A stretch of DNA of 64,000 nucleotides from Chiloscyllium plagiosum. Its lineage: Eukaryota. Below are positions 15,211-30,128 of this stretch, piece by piece. Both the position numbers and the translations under genes were made by a program. The stretch is from positions 83,140,158 to 83,204,157 of the forward strand of contig NC_057719.1 in NCBI RefSeq assembly GCF_004010195.1, given 5' to 3'. Within the stretch, counting starts at the first letter, position 1. Each line of letters begins with the position of its first letter. Under the pieces are notes generated by a model. The model was given only the letters and a program-made list of their open reading frames with translations. It was not told where the DNA came from and ran no database searches.

Positions 15211-15338
15211 TCCTGATGAAAGGCTTTTGCCTGAAACATTGATTCTCCTGCTCCTCGGATGCTGCCTGACCTGCTGTGCTTTTCCAGCGCCACACTCTCG
15301 ACTCTAATCTCCAGCATCTGCAGTCCTCACTTTCACCT
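15211..15338 (+). mobile_element. Short Penelope-like insert with hammerhead motif (15209-15244)
   Basis: AATC-CTGATGA-A-AGGC-TTTT-GCCT-GAAA-CATT-GATT; 15-bp TSD with 2 mismatches (15196-15210 and 15339-15353). Confidence 0.8.
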
Positions 15339-15769
15339 AACTGTATAAACCAACCAAATAAATGGACTGCAGTAGTTTAGTGAAAGGCATCTGGGGACGG
15401 GTAAAAACCAAGCATTTTAGCAATAATATCCACAACCTGAGAGCGATCGGAGGACTGAGAGGATGTAAGCGCGTGGAAGCAATTGAGGGAATAAGTGTAC
15501 ACACACATACACACACAATTTCCGCCCAAAAGATGAAGTCTTTCTTCTCTAGTGGTGAGATCCTTCATGTACGCTTGGTCGACCTCTGCCATCTCACACT
15601 GCCCTCGAAGAAGCTGCGGGGAGGGGTTGGGACTGTCACACATCTCCTGCTGAAATGGGTCTTTGTAAAGAAAGAAGCAGTGGTGTTTGACGAGGTTTGT
15701 CCCGAGCAGCTCCGTGAGGCAGGACTCTGTGCTCTACGGCCTGTTCCCCTGCACACACACACCGAGACA

Positions 15770-16200
15770 AACGTCAACTGCGACCGGAGGACCATCAACT
15801 TGGTTGTTCTGCCTGAAACGTGTTGGGCCTTCCAGAGCGAGAAGTTGACCCGGACTGACTATTGCAGAGTGGCACATTCCAAGGTCCAGGGCTACGTGCT
15901 GAGGGATGGACTAAAGCTCAGGGCAGCTGCCACCAAGGCGCTGTGGGGAAAGACCACCGACTGAGGCCTTCCTGCTGAAGGTAAATGGGGGTCCATTCAG
16001 TTATCAGACCGTCCCAATGCCTCAAGTGCACATAAATATCGTCAGGTATAAGAAAGAAATGCCTTTGGTTCATTTGCTGGATACAGTCAAACTCCAATAT
16101 TTGTTTTTACTTATGCCTCTGTACAGAACTGAGCTGCTTTAGTGACGATGTATGTACGTAAGGATATTTTTATAAATAAAGTATGTTTTTGGAATAAAAA
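15770..16200 (+). mobile_element. Tx1/L1-clade LINE 3' end
   Basis: YCRVAHSKVQGYVLRDGLKLRAAATKALWGKTT then a UTR ending AATAAA...AATAAAAA. Confidence 0.72.
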
Positions 16201-16609
16201 ACAATGAATGAATCAGTTCTCTCCACCGGTGCTGACTGGCTGACATTGGGAATCAGAGCTGGCAGAGTCAAGGACAAGGGCGGTGGTACAGCTTGAGGTT
16301 GGCAAAGGTCAGGGCACAGGTAGCAATCAGACATGGGGCAGGAGAGGGTAGGGAATGGGTTCAGAAACACAATGGTGATCAGAGCCAGGCCAATCAGGGG
16401 CCCGTGCAGACAAGGTTACGATTGGCAGAGCTGGAGGGTCAGGGAAGGAACGTCTTCCTTTGGAAGGAAGCACCAACCACTTTGCCAAGGAATACGTGAT
16501 GCATAAAAAAAACTTCTTAAAGGACATTTCAAAATATAACTTATATCCTTTGAGCATCTTGCATTCCTAAGTGCTCCAATCCAATGCAACGCCATTGCCC
16601 CCATATCTA

Positions 16610-18700
16610 CCGGAGTGGAATTAGGCTGTTCAGCCCATCGTATCTGTTCCACCATTCCATTATGGCTGATATATGTTTCTAAACCCCATCCTCCTGCCTT
16701 CTCCCCATAACCTTTGATCCCCTTACCAATTAAGAACCCAACTATCTCTGTCTCAAATACACTCAATGACTTGGCCTGCACAGCCTTCTGCAGCAACGAG
16801 TCCCACAGATTCATTACCCTCTAGCTCAAAAATTCCTCCTCATCTCAGTTCCAAAGGGTCGCCCCTTCCCTCTCAGGCCATGCCCTCAGGTCCTAGTCTC
16901 TCTTACGAGTGGGAACATCTGCTCCATGTCCACTTTATCCAGGCCTCTCAGTTTTCAGTAAGTTTCAATCAGAACCCCCCCCCCCCCACCCTACCCTCAC
17001 CTCATCCTTTTAAACTCCTTCCAGTATTGACTCAGACTCCTCAACCACCTCCTCATATGACATATCTTTCGTCTCCAGGATCATTCTTGTAAACCCCTTC
17101 TGGACCCCCTCCAACACCAGCACATCCTTCCTCAGATATAGGATCCAGAACTGCTTACAACATTCCAAATGCAGTCTGTCCAGAGACTAATGCAGCTTCA
17201 GCAGTACATCTCTGTTTTTGTATTCTAGCCCTCTTGAAATTAATTCTAATATTGCATTTGCCTTCCTAATTGCCAACTGAACCTGCACGTTAGTGTTAAG
17301 AGATCCCTAAGCAAGGTCTCCCAAGTCCCTTTGCGCTTTAGAATTCTCAATTTTCTCCTCATTTAGAAAATAGTATACACCTCTATTCTTCCCACCTAAA
17401 TCCATCCCCTCACACGTTCCCACATTGTATTCCATCTGCCACTTCTTTGCCCACTCTCCTAGCCTGTCCAAGAGCTTCTGCAGCCTCCTCACTTCCTCAA
17501 CACTACCAGTCCCTCCAGCTACCTTTGTGTCACCTGCAACCTTAGCAACAAAGCCCTCAGTTCCCTCATCCCGATTGTTAATGTATAAAATGAATAGTTG
17601 TGGTCTCAACATGGACCCCTGCGGAACTCCACCAGTTACCGGCTGCCATCTTGAAAAAGATCCCTTTATCCTCACTGTCTGCCTTCTGCCAGTCAGCCAA
17701 CCCTCTGTCCACGCCAATACCTATCCCAGACACTATGGGCTCTTATCTTATTCAAGAGCCTCCTGTCTGGCATCTTGTCAAAGGCTTTCTGGAAATCCAA
17801 ATAGATCACATTCACTGGCTGTCCTTTGTCTAAGTTGGTCATTACTTCCTCCAAGAATTCTAAAGGTTTGTCAGGCATGATCTCCCCTTGATGAAGCCAA
17901 GCTGACTACTACACGTTTCTAAGTGCTCCGCAATTTCATCCTTAATACTGGACTCTAAAGTCTTACCAACAAATGAGGTCAAGTTAACCGACTTAGAATT
18001 TCCTGTCTTCTGCCTCTCTCCTGTCTTAAACAGAGCTGTTACATTAGCCATTTTCCAGTCCTCTGACTCTAGTGATTAGATTAGATTAGATTACTTACAG
18101 TGTGGAAACAGGCCCTTCGGCCCAACAAGTCCACACCGACCCGCCGAAGCGCAACCCACCCAGACCCATTCTCCTACATTTACCCCTTCACCCAACACTA
18201 CGGGCAATTGAGCATGACCAATTCACCTAAACCTGCACATTTTTGGATTGTGGGAGGAAACCGGAGCACCCGGAGGAAACCCACGCAGACACGGGGAGAA
18301 TGTGCAAACTCCACACAGAGTCACCTGAGGTGGGAACTGAACCCGGGTCTCTGGCACTGTGAGATCTGAGAAAGAATATTTTTTCACTTGAAGGATGGTA
18401 TAAAATGCCTGATTCTTGAAGATCACCACCACAATCCCCTGGGCCATCTCCTTCAGTTCTCTAGGGTGTAGTCCATCTGGTCTGGGTGATTTATCCACCT
18501 TCAGATCTTTCAGCTTTGACCTTCTTGGTGTTGGCCACTACACTCACCTCAGTCCCCTGACTATCTTGAAGTTCTGGTATGCCGCTGATGTCCTCCACTG
18601 TGAAGACTGTTACAAAGTGCCAATTCAGATCGCTCTCTGCTGTTTCTATCTACCCAACTACTACTTTTATAACCTCATTTTCCAATAGTCCATTAGGTAT
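16610..18700 (-). mobile_element. CR1 LINE ORF2 fragment with nested HE1 SINE
   Basis: DKSPRPDGLHPR, IYLDFQKAFDKMP, GVPQGSMLRPQLF and NLWDSLLQKAV pieces on the minus strand. Confidence 0.88.
18076..18364 (-). mobile_element. HE1-type SINE (5' truncated)
   Basis: V-domain plus (AATCT)n tail. Confidence 0.88.
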
Positions 18701-19860
18701 TTTAAAAAAAAATCTCTTTCAATCTTCTTTTATATTACTAGCCAGCTTACTCTCAAGTTTCACCTTCTCCCCCCCAGCCCCTTATTGCCTTATCAACACT
18801 CGTGATATTTACCATATACATTCAGTGTATGATTTACCAGCCCCTCAGAAAGACATCCAACAATGGACTTTCCCAGTTGTGTCTTTGGGAGGCACTGCCA
18901 TAGTTTTAGTGGGTCCTTTAGCACCCGGTCCTGGACTAGACACTTTACACTTTCAAACATGTATACTCACTGGGACGCCGCGGCGGACGGGGGGGGCACT
19001 ACAATAAAGCAATCCGAACACAATTCACTGCTTCTCCTGGACCTATGGTCTGGTGGAACACTGTTTATCAACCAGAACTATACCTTTACATTTCGGTTAG
19101 ATTTGGGAGTAACTTATCGAATGCTGGTTGCCTACTCCGATCAGACATATTCCTGACAGGTCATCACTTGTGAATACTCTGCAACGCCCCAACCGCCCAA
19201 TTCTCTTGCCAATGGATCTCCCATCAACCCTTGCCTTTCTGGTGCCAATTAGAGGTGGACTCCGTAACCCGATTGGATGATGCTTGACACAGTTGTGTTT
19301 CCCACAACCAATGTCTTAATCATTCATTAACAAACATCTTCAAAGAGGTTTGAAAGGGCATTTCTTTTTTTTCTCCTGGTTTCCTCCAAGGAGAGATTAG
19401 TCCTTAATTCCTGAAGAATGCTGGGAAATCCTGAAGGGGTGCCAGCCCTGCAGGAGGCCATAAGACAGGGAGGTCATTTTGCTCCCTGAACCTGCTCTGT
19501 TCTTCACTAAGATCATGGTCAATCACAACTCCTACATCCTGACTGATCCCCATCCCCTTTAACTCCCATAAAACTATAACTCTTGTCTTCCTTAATTCAA
19601 AGGCCCATCCTCCTCTCCATTCTGGAAAGAGAATTCTACCGACTAATGGCCATCAGAGGAAAGGACTCTTCATCTTCATCTTAAAATGGAGACCTCTTAT
19701 TTTTAAGCCTTGCTCTCCCTACTTCTTGTCTCCCTGACAACAGAAAGCAACCTCCTAGTTTCTACACAATTGAGACACCCTCAGGATCTTACGTTTCAAA
19801 AATCATTCGACTGAACTCCAAAGGGTAAAGGCCCAAGCTCTTTAACCTTTCCCTTCAAAA

Positions 19861-19990
19861 ATCCTGATAAAGGGCTAAGCCCGAAACATCGACTCTCCTG
19901 CTCCTCAGATGCTCCCTGACCTGCTGTGTTTTTCCAGTACCACACTTCATCCACTCTGACTTCTCCAGCATCTGCAGTCCTCACTATGTC
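19861..19990 (+). mobile_element. Short Penelope-like insert (hammerhead core mutated)
   Basis: ATC-CTGATAA-A-GGGC-TAA-GCCC-GAAACATCGAC followed by the family body. Confidence 0.75.
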
Positions 19991-20574
19991 CTAATTGCTG
20001 CAAACCTTTCTTCATAAGATCAGTCCATTGTCCCAGAGATAGAACTGAATCGTCTCTGAAGTGCTTCCAATGCAATTATACCCTTTTGAAACGAGACCAA
20101 AACTGTACACAGATTTCCAGTCTCTGGACCCAGTACAATGTCCCTGATTTTGAATTCCATTATCCGTGAGACAACTGACATACACTCACTTGTACCTTGC
20201 AGGGTAACATTTTGCCATTCATGAACCACTACACCCAGATCCCTCTGTACCTCAGAGTTGAGTGATCTCTCTCTTTCTAAATTCTATTCTTCCTGCTGAA
20301 GGGAAGAATTTCACATTTTCCCACATTAAACTCCCTCTGCCAAGCTATGCATGACCCTGAGCAGAATCTCAACCTCTTCCTGATAACTACCTTTTCCTCC
20401 CCATCATGGTGTCATTGATACCGAACTATGTACACCGGTGTGCACTGTACTCCACCGTCTGCACTGATGGGTACTCCATCGAGGTAGATATCTTCAGCCC
20501 AATGGTAATCACAACACTTGGCAGATGTTCCATTCATTTTGCCCCACCCTTTCCTGAATTTTTTCAGGAAGGGT

Positions 20575-21135
20575 TAGAGTCATACAGCATGGAAACAGAC
20601 TGTTCGGTCCAACCAATACATGCCGACCAGAATCCCAAACCAAACTATTCCCACCTGCCTGCTCCTGGCCCATATCCCTCCAAACTTTTCCTATTCATGT
20701 ACTTATCCAAATGTCTTTTGAACATTGTAACTGTTCCTGCGTCCACCATGTCCTCTGGAAGTTGGTTCCGCACACAAACCACTCTCTGTGTTAAAAAAAA
20801 ATGCCCCTCACGTCTTTTTACAATCTTTCCCCTCTCACCTTAAAAATATGACCCCTAGTCTTGAAATCGCCCACCTTAGGGAAAAGACACCTTATCTATA
20901 CCCCTCATGATTTTATAAACTATAAGGTTAACTCTCATCCTCCTAGGCTGCAGGGAGAAAAGTCCCAGTTTATCCAGCCTATTTTTATATCTCAAACCCT
21001 CCATTCCCAGTAACATCCTGGTAAATCTCTTCTGATCCCTCTCCAGCTTAATAATAACCTTCCTATGACTGGAACTGAATGCAGTATTCCAGAAGAGGCC
21101 TCACCAATGTCCTGTTCAACCTCAGCATGACGTCC
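20575..21135 (-). mobile_element. CR1 LINE 3' fragment
   Basis: Same family as 38080-38822; tail TATGACTCT. Confidence 0.85.
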
Positions 21136-21150
21136 CAACTCCTACACTCA

Positions 21151-21396
<246 letters not shown>

Positions 21397-22270
21397 TCAA
21401 ACCTCTTGGCTAACCTCCCTCTTACCCGAAGCCAAAGCTGGGTGAAGCCACCCAGCTTACATTTATGAGTGGTCAATCACCTCCACATGGCCTCAGTTAG
21501 ACCTACTGCTGGATTGTCACTGTCGTCCTCCTGAGGCCTACCACTGAGGGATGCAACTTTCATGGATCTTTCAGATGGTAGGCCACTTTCAACCTGTGCA
21601 TGAGTATCCCACAGACCTTCCCCTTTTGCCATTTTATGACATTTTGGTTGAAGCCTGGGCCATTAGCACATTTTAACCAAGCATACATCCAAAAAAGCCT
21701 CAGAAAGGTAACCACGGACCCAAAACTCATGTCTCTCCTGATATTCTTGAATCTTAATGTTGGTGAAAACATTAGAATATCTGAATTGAAGTAGTTATCG
21801 CATCAACACACCTAATTAAGTGGGGTTTTGGAACATAAGTAGCAACAAAACTGAACTGTTATTTGATGACAACATGCCATTTACAACTACAGTTTACAAC
21901 CTTGGATGAGGTCACATAACCAACTGTGTTTGTCTTGGTTCATGGCTGAGTATTCTAAAATTAAACTCACTGCCCTGCTCGCTTCCCTCTATCTTTTTAT
22001 CTTTTGCTCAAATTTTCCTTAAAATGAAACGTGTGGTCAAGGGCTCCATTCTCCAGCTGCCCTCTTTCTGATGCAATCTCTTCTGATTTCTCTCCTCAGC
22101 TTCTTTGAAGCAACTCTAAACTACTGACTCCCCAAACCGGAGAAAACAGACAGTCAATTCTTTCTCCACTTTACATCAATTAATGGTTTGGTTTTGTTGC
22201 CATCAAAATTCAATCAGCACTACAATCCCCTCTTACCTGTCCACTCTAGTAGAAGCACCATCCCCTCATG

Positions 22271-22573
22271 TGGCACAGTGGCTCAGTGGTTAGCACTGCT
22301 GCCTTACACTGCCCAGGGTCCCAGGTTCGATTCCAGCCTCGGGCGACTGTGTGTGTGGAGTTTGCACGTTCTCCCCATGTCTGCGTGGGTTTCCTCCCAC
22401 AGTTCAAAGATGTGCAGGTTAGGTGGATTGTCCATAGCATGGAGGGATGTGCAGGCTAGGTGGATTAGGCATGGGGAAATGCAAGGTTACAGGGATGGGG
22501 TGAGATGCTATTATGAGGGGCAGTGTGGACTTGATGGGCCAAAAGGCCTGCCCCCACACAGTATGGATTCTAT
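22271..22573 (+). mobile_element. HE1-type SINE
   Basis: A box TGGCTCAGTGG, B box GGTTCGATTCC, V-domain. Confidence 0.88.
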
Positions 22574-22674
22574 GGCAACATGGTCCTGGGAGAGACTACG
22601 TAACAGGATGAGAGTGTTCTTTATTTTAAGATGGTATGAGAGATATGACTTACAAAAAACTGCTGTGTAGGGTG

Positions 22675-23068
22675 GAACATTTTTCACTGGGGATTAGAAG
22701 GTGACCTTACAGAGGTGTATAAAATCATGAGGGATATAGATAGAATTAATGGTAGGTTCTTTTTTCCTTGGAGGGTGATTTAAAGCCAAGGGGGCATATT
22801 TTTCAAGGTGAGAGGAGAGAGATTTTAAAAAAAGACATGGGAGGGCAAAGTTTTTACACTGAAGGTGGTTGGTGTGTGGAATGAAGTTCCTGAGGAAGTG
22901 TGGGCACTGTTACAATGTTTAAAAGATACTTAGATAAATAAATTAATAGGAAAGGTTGGGAGGGATATGGGCCAAGAGCAGGTCGTGGGGACTAGGTTAG
23001 TTTGGGATAATGCTCAGTATGGACTGGTTGGACCAAAGGGTCTGTTTCCGTGTTGTATGACTCTATGA
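22675..23068 (+). mobile_element. CR1 LINE 3' end
   Basis: CR1 ORF2 end and UTR ending TGTATGACTCTATGAC. Confidence 0.8.
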
Positions 23069-23955
23069 CAATAAGTGCACATTCCTATTTCTGTGAATTT
23101 CTGAAGCCATGAATTTGGATTCCAAATAATACGTCACTACCATGGCCTCGGCTATCCACGTGTAACAGAAATGAGACACCTAGCTTCTATTTACTTGAAG
23201 GTTGACGGCTAAGCTGATCATCGAGGAACTCACTCTCTTGTGTCTATGCCTTTAGTGCCCTTCCTGTAATGGGTTTCCAGGCCTGCACAGAACAGTTACT
23301 ATATCCTCTTCAAAACTCACCACTACTCCTTTCCCTCCGTACTCTGGTCCTATTCTTATTATTAAAACCTAACATATTTTGGGCCTTTTGGCTTTGTTCA
23401 CATTTTCAGGGAACTTGTAAGTCAGAGATGCCCAACATAGAAAGTGCTGGGGAGCCACCGTTTTAAAGGTGTCCAGTGATATTGGTGAAAATGCACACAA
23501 ATATGTCTCCCATATATCCACAGAGTTTTAATCAGCCTGCTTAGACACACGATGACACACCGCTGGAGCAGGTGGAACTGGAATTTTGTCCTTCTGGTCT
23601 GGAGATAGGGACACTTCCACTGTTTTGTAAAATCCCTGTCTCCCATGGATGTGTACTTAATTAAAATCTGACGTGATTTAGAAAACCAGACAGGAAGGCA
23701 TTCCCTCAGCCATCAAAGAACAATTCTGCGTTTCACCTTACTGTTTAACCCTGTCAAATGCACAAAGGAAGATGAAAGATAATTGCAAGCTCCAACATCT
23801 GGATTTCCCATGAGCCACATGCTGTGAACATACTGCAGGTATACACTGTACTGATATGTTCAAGTTACATGTTACACACTAAGCAAGCACGGTCAATGGA
23901 GCACGTCTCAAATGGCATCGCGCTCACTTGCTCCTCAATCGGCTGGCTTCAGTCA

Positions 23956-24209
<254 letters not shown>

Positions 24210-27200
24210 CATCTTTCCTTTGTGTTCAGGTTAACAAGGATATCAAGCATTTCCCACACGATAATCAAAACATCAGATTGACTTTATGCAATGGTTTCCA
24301 CCAGTTGGCGGCTGTGGGAGGTAAAATGCCTGAGGGAAGGCTGCCCTGAGCCGCCTAATTGCGTTGGAGTTCTCAGATTGAATCCCGAACGGCATTCCCT
24401 ACTTTGCCGCGGTTAGAAAGGATTCAAAGCAGGATTCAAAAGGATTCAAATCCCTCCACCCAAATATGATGCCCTGGACTAGAACAGAGTTCATACCCGA
24501 GGCAATGCAGCTGCCAATTCCGTCCAACACTGGAACAAAGTTCAAATCACTTTTCCGACTCATCTTGACTTTCTTTTTGAAATGTAAATCAGGATGGATC
24601 TCTAAGTTCACTGGTTTGTATCATAAACTGCACAGGCTCTGTTAGTCATATCCCAAAATCAGCGGGGCATGTCGTTAAAGAGATAGTCTCGTGGTGCCGT
24701 TAATGACAGAACAAGGCTAAACCAGCTGTCAAGTTCAGACATGTGGAACCGCCACCTTGAGAAAGTCATTGACTCCACATCGTTGATGCAGCTTGAAATA
24801 TTAGCATGCAAACTTCATTATAACAGAGTGACACAAACAGCAGCCAATCCTAGTGTTCATCCAGAGATGGTTGGGCCAGTTAAGGGTGCAATAAGTGCAT
24901 CCAGATCAGGAAAGGCTCAAAATCTATCAACAATTTGCATTAATATAGCACCTTTAATCAGACAGTGTAACGTCCCCCAACCAGTCACTTCGCAGGAGTG
25001 TAATCAGACAACAACAGACACAGACACAGGAGATATTTATTGCAGTTTCCAATCCTGTTGAGACGTCAACAGCAACTGCTTAACGCCAAACCTAAAAAAT
25101 ACCTAAAATAACTAGAAAGCATGGTCTGCAAGAGCTGGACAACACCCATTCAAGATGCTTCTATTGTTCCAACTTCAAAAATAAAACTCCAAGGTTTCAC
25201 AAATCGCTTATCTTCTCATAGGCTGCTCACCATCTGTCCCCAATCTCTCTCTAAAAGAAACTATGACAAAAGACACCTCTTAAAATCACAACATCAACCC
25301 AACAGAGAAATAGTTCAGCTTGCACAAGGTCCCAATGGAGACAGACGTGACATACCTGGTTCCTGATAGTTGTCATTATGCATAACTAGTTCATGATCAT
25401 GTGACTACTGTTATCCTGCAATTGGCTACACCTTGTTAAGTAAGATAAGTGACTCTTCTGCTAAGACTGTCTAGTGGTTTATCCTCTACCATAACAGGTC
25501 CTTGGGCCTAACAGAGAAAGGAGGATTGATGGCAGTGATCTTCCCCAACCACCACTGTTAATGGTTGGTGCCTAATGCTCAAGATGTCAAGGCAGAGGTC
25601 TGGAAGATGGAACCTAGGCAGCCAAAGGCAGGAGCATCAATGGTGGTGTGAAAGAAATGGGAAACGTACAAGAGGCTGGCAAAGGAGAAACAGAAAGTTG
25701 GAGGAGGGTTGAATGGCCCAGAGAAGCTTATGGGGATGTTAGCCGAGGTTCCCACTCCCAACGTCAGACAATATCCTGAGGAGACGTGTGCGTGGACATC
25801 AGCTGAGCTTGGATGTGGAGCCTGCTCACAATGGACAGCAACGGTCTGAGCACATATTGAGAGACATGTAGTTGGGAGCAGACCTGCATGGTCAACCACA
25901 TTCCCTCCGGCCTCCAAAACACTGTTGTTGGGGTGGGCCGGGGGAGAATGCAGCAAGAGGTTTACACGTTATTGGAAGGCCTGCCCAGAATGTACTTTGT
26001 ATTGCTGATTGCCTTTCAAAGTCCACATAAAGTGATGTACCCTCAGGATCGTACTGAATTTGAGTTTGTTGATAAATGGGAGTGTGTCTTAAAGAAACAA
26101 CAGGGGGGCGTTGAGAACAGATGCCCAATGTCTCCAGAGGCTCCCTGAGCTCTACTAATCAACCGTGGACTTTGCACTCAGTGCAAGCTGGGGTAATGGT
26201 TTCACCACTGTGTCTCATCGGGAGCATTGACAGAAAGCAAACTGTTAGCACGAAACACAATTCCAAACAATGAAGCAACAATTTGAATATTCTTCCAGTC
26301 TGGCATCAGTTCAAGTATCTTAATGAGTTTCACGGATGCACTGCTTCTGAACTGGTGCCAGTTGAAGAGAGTCCTCATTCAAGTGTCAAACAAGTGAGTG
26401 ACCTGGCTGCTCCCACTATCTGAGCTGAAATGTGAAACAGATGCTCGGTCTAGCCGATTCTAAAGAAACATCTGGCTGCCTGAACTCTCGGGGCTGTGTG
26501 TTAAGGCCAAATGTGCGCACACACACAAAACAAACACACCATTTACCCAGAGTGCCCCTGTTACAACGGGAGAAATCAATCCCGGACGCATAGCAACGAG
26601 TGCCAACAGCAGCTGGTTCAAACCTATCTCGATCTGCATTATGACCAACTCCATTAGAATGGAATTACAGGGGCAGTGTCAGGCAGACTGAGCATTGCTG
26701 TGGCCCCATTTCTGCAAATGGAGTATTTCACTCCCCACACACTCCACCATCGTGAACCTCTGTATCCCCTCCTTGGGGTGAAGACTGGCCTCTGAATCAA
26801 TCAGGTTATCACACAGGATACAGGATATCACAGGGGTACGTGCTCTTTCACACACGGGCACGAGTAGTGAACACGCAGAAGAAACCCTTCCTTCCAATCT
26901 CGTTTACATTTTGTTCTCACAGATTGGAGAGGGGTATCAGAATGGGAGATTGATGCAGTCCCTGAAGGAGACTCTATGGCCCATTGTTCCTGTATTAGAG
27001 CTATTGGATTAACTCCGCTGTATGGTCATGTCTAGATCATTGTTTTAGGGAAGATGAGATAAATGGGTTTTCCCACTGTCATGACAGACAGAGCACTGTA
27101 AGGGTTCTCACAGTCTAAAAAACATTATATATATCACTGACAGCGGCCAAACGTAATGCCAACAGAGAGCTGAGAGTGTTGAGGATCGTGGACGTGATGC

Positions 27201-28349
27201 GAGCAACTGTGCTACCTAATACTCTCACATTCCTACAGTGACCTCAGGACCTTCCTAAGTGCTTCACAACCCCATGAAGTGCCTTTGAAATATAGTCACT
27301 GGTGTAATATAGGCAAGGTGTCAGCAACAGGCAATCTTCTGAAAACAGCATTGAGATCCATGGTCAAACCTCTGTCTGAGTCAGCTCTGTGGACGAATTA
27401 ACATTGGACTTTTCCTTCGATAGGAACATGGGAGCAGGAGTAGGTCATTGTGTGTCTTGTTCTACTCTCTAACAAGAGCGCCTCTTAGCATTTTGGAATA
27501 CAGGAAGCGGGATGAGGCCATCATCCTCGATCATGGCTGCTCATCTATCTCAACACTCTATTCCTGTGCTATCCCCATGTCGCTTGGTGTTATTAATAAC
27601 TAGAAATCTAGCAATCTCTCTCTTGACTCAATGATTGACCTCCACATTTTCTCTCTCGGATTGAGAATTCCCAAGCTTCACTGGCCTCTGACTCAAGCGG
27701 TTCCTGAGCTCAGTTCTAAATGGCTTGCCTTTTATTCCGAGACTGGCTCCCCTTGGTTTCAGACTCCCACAGTCGGGGAAGATGTCCTTCTTGCAACGCG
27801 CTTTGTCTAACCCTTTCAGAATTTTCTCTGCCTCGCAACTCTGAAGGAAAAGGCCCAGACTCCTCGGAGGACAGTCCCATCCCATTAACCAAGCTCGCGA
27901 ACTTCAGCTACGCTCCCCCTTTGGCAACGCTGTTCCTCCTTAGAAAAGGTAGCTGGAACTGCACACGGTATTCCAGGTACTGCCTCTGATACAACTAAAG
28001 GAGTACCCTGGGATCTTCCACATCCATTTGAGAGGGCTGCTGGGTCCTCGGATTGAATGAAGGCCATTTGTCTGGCACTCATCAGGACATTTTGCAAGAA
28101 TTACCAAGTCAAGGGGAAAACTAACAAAGCTACTCTCCCGCTAAATCCCAGCAGCAGCGGGATGGCGCCCTCAAATGTGGGGGTGCAGCCTGCCCCGTGT
28201 CCTTCTGCAAGAGCAGGTAGGCATTGGGCATGTCGGGCCGTGGAATTTAATTGGCCTGAAGCCCTGGTGCTGGTAAAATGCAGCGCAACGTGTGCTGACT
28301 GGAGGTGGAACCTCCTGCATTTTGATGTGGCAACGGACGAGTGTTGTCA

Positions 28350-28613
<264 letters not shown>

Positions 28614-28799
28614 TCAGTCGGGAGAGGAGGCCACAGGGGCGGGGTTAGCGACTCGTGAATGGGCTGCGATTCTCAGGAGACCCTGCGACAAAGCTGCATT
28701 GCTGCGACGGCGATGTGCCCCTTACTGGGTACACTCAGCAGCCTGGCTCCAACATGCTACAGGACAAACAGAACTTAGCCCAATCCCCTTCGATGTCAC

Positions 28800-29200
28800 A
28801 TGAAATAAGAGCAGGAGTGGCCCCTTCGAGTCCACCCCGCCATTTAATCCGATCACGGCTGACCCTATTCATGGCCTCAGCTCCACTTACCCGCCCGCTC
28901 AGCATAACCCTTAATTCCTTTACTGTTCAAAAATCTACCTTTGCCTTAAAGACATTCAACGAGGAAGCCTCATCCCCTTCCCTGGGCAGGGAATTCCACA
29001 GATTCACAATCCCCTGGGTGAAGAGGTTCCTCCTCAGCTCCGTCCCGACTCCGCTCCCCCTTATTTTGAGTCTGTGCCCCCTAGATCTAGTTTCACCCGC
29101 CCGTGGAAACAACCTCCCTGCTTCCTATCCTTATCTATTCCCTTCATAATTGTATACGTTTCTATAAGATGTTCCACCCCTTATCCTAAATTTTGATGAG
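28800..29200 (-). mobile_element. CR1 LINE 3' end (same subfamily as 3650-4316 and 58540-58930)
   Basis: GETRSRGHRLKIRG...FTQGIVNLWNSLP. Confidence 0.85.
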
Positions 29201-29787
29201 TCTACTCAGATCCCTCCCCAGTGCCATGCAATATGCTGGCGGTGACTTGTCACATTTCAGACTTTTTGACCGATCCTCGCCACTGAAAGGATTTGGAAGA
29301 AAGAGTTTGCATGTTCAGATTTTCAAAGCGTTCGCAAGCAGTTTCTTATTTAGAGATGTCCAAGTGTGGTTAGGACGCTCACTGTAATGTCCGCCCTCCA
29401 AAGCAAAATACTGAATGGATGATTTATTTGGAAAAAAACCAGAAAATTCTGGAAATGCTCAGGGATGGTGTCGGAGAGGCTTTCCTTGCATTCCATAAGC
29501 ATTTTACACCTATTGTATTTGGAGGAATCTGGTCCTGAGTGCAAACAGAGGGACGTACACAATACGGAAATGAATAGACAGAAAGACGGTCCACAAAGGC
29601 AGTGCTTTTGAAAAAGCTACAATTGTGAACCTGAAGAGTATTAACGAGATCCCACAGCGTGGAACATGGTGCACGGAGAAAAGTTTATTTTTATTACACT
29701 TCCTGTCACTTTTGGTTTCTCATGCTTCGCCCTGGGGCTTTATGGCTGGCCTGGCAATGAACATTGTAAATATTAACCCTTTCCAGG

Positions 29788-30128
29788 GCTGCACGGTGGC
29801 TCAGTGGTTAGCACTGCAGCCTCACAGCGCCAGGGACCTGGGTTCGGTTCCAGCCTCAGGCGACTGACTGTGTGGAGTTTGCACATTCTCCCCGTGTCTG
29901 CGTGGGTTTCCTCCGGGTGCTCTGGTTTCCTCCCACAATCCAAAGATGTACAGGTTGTAAGATGGCCACGTTATAATGTCCAGAGATGTGCAGGCTGGAT
30001 GGGTTAGCCATGAAAAAGGCAGGGTTACAGGGATATGGGAGGGGAGATGCCTGGTAGGATGCTCTTCAGAGGGTTGGTGTGGACTCGATGGGCCAAATGG
30101 CCTGCCTCCACACTACGGTGATTCTATG
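29788..30128 (+). mobile_element. HE1-type SINE
   Basis: tRNA-like head, V-domain and tail; a second partial copy lies at about 30330-30547. Confidence 0.88.

Noticed and set aside
22271..22340. tRNA genes
   Set aside because: The A and B boxes belong to SINE heads; there is no complete cloverleaf or terminator
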